Shown here: one piece after another, positions 63,724 through 64,000 of the stretch
Numbering within the stretch: the stretch's first letter is position 1
Layout of the letters: each line of letters begins with the position of its first letter
IMG/VR virus record: IMGVR_UViG_3300042888_002988
Span: 1-64,000 of that record
Source of the DNA: a virus
Taxonomy: Duplodnaviria > Caudoviricetes
Strand: one strand, 5' to 3'
Length of the DNA stretch: 64,000 nt
The notes under the pieces: generated by a model
The model's database searches: none
The model's input: the letters and a program-made list of their open reading frames with translations, nothing else
What the model was told of the DNA's origin: nothing
Translations under genes and position numbers: made by a program

Positions 63724-64000
63724 ATCGCCCCGACGAGTGTCCCCACTGTGGGGACGAAAACATCAACCGTGACGGCGCGAGGTGGCGCTGTGAGCGGTGC
63801 TGGAATTGGTTCGGGGATTCACGTCCCCGAGCCGCTGTAACCACCTCACCAACCAAACCAAATACCAACACCATGATTGAAATGCATCCATTCGTCGCAG
63901 CTACCAAGACCAAGCTGCGTTTCGCTGCCGCCGGCCACATCTCCGCGGAGGACCTCTGGGACCTCCCGTTGAACAAGCTGGACGAGATGGCGATCGAAAT
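63720..64000 (+). CDS. 3'-truncated ORF: zinc ribbon in frame with a conserved phage protein (EDLWDL motif)
   Basis: GTG at 63720 (CPHC...CERC) reads without a stop into ATG 63873 (MIEMHPFVAATKTKLRF...SAEDLWDLPL) and off the window. Confidence 0.6.
   Translation, partial: MNRPDECPHCGDENINRDGARWRCERCWNWFGDSRPRAAVTTSPTKPNTNTMIEMHPFVAATKTKLRFAAAGHISAEDLWDLPLNKLDEMAIE

Noticed and set aside
1-64000. CRISPR array, IS element or integrase
   Set aside because: No regularly spaced direct repeats (the CAA/CCA runs are low-complexity leaders), and no transposase or recombinase motifs.
1-64000. Stop-codon reassignment
   Set aside because: Long conserved genes are intact in the standard code, TAG, TGA and TAA all end ORFs at coupled junctions, and no suppressor tRNA is present.

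Overview
The window is a 64 kb piece of a large, GC-rich tailed-phage genome. It is gene-dense and almost all on the + strand, and I see no integrase and no host housekeeping operons. Positions 1-12.5 kb hold a virion/transcription module: a probable portal C-terminus, Gly/Ala-rich virion-type proteins sharing a K-x-A motif, a GNAT-fused protein, and a phage multisubunit RNA polymerase beta/beta'-like subunit. Positions 12.5-64 kb are accessory genes: peptide deformylase, a PAPS-reductase-like protein, a degenerate HNH-AP2 protein, a C5 DNA methyltransferase, two GHKL ATPases, NAD-dependent ligase, HD and metallophosphoesterase enzymes, ThyX, and many small hypothetical proteins. Only three units run on the - strand: a 7-tRNA array, a glycosyltransferase-sulfotransferase fusion and a dNMP kinase. 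The strongest candidate for an undescribed system lies upstream of the tRNA array (Cys, Asn, Ser, Tyr, Leu x3). There a 25-codon leader ORF (MKCLWSLSSNFLLSYCSYAGRVLLT) is packed with codons for those same amino acids. It is followed by an antiterminator/terminator pair with classical ribosome-mediated attenuator geometry, which suggests the phage expresses its tRNAs only when the matching host tRNAs run short. A 113-nt CCA-ending tRNA-like RNA with its anticodon arm replaced (54170-54282) and a 130-nt four-way-junction RNA candidate (17731-17860) also stand out. All calls come from reading motifs by eye; no database searches or folding programs were run.
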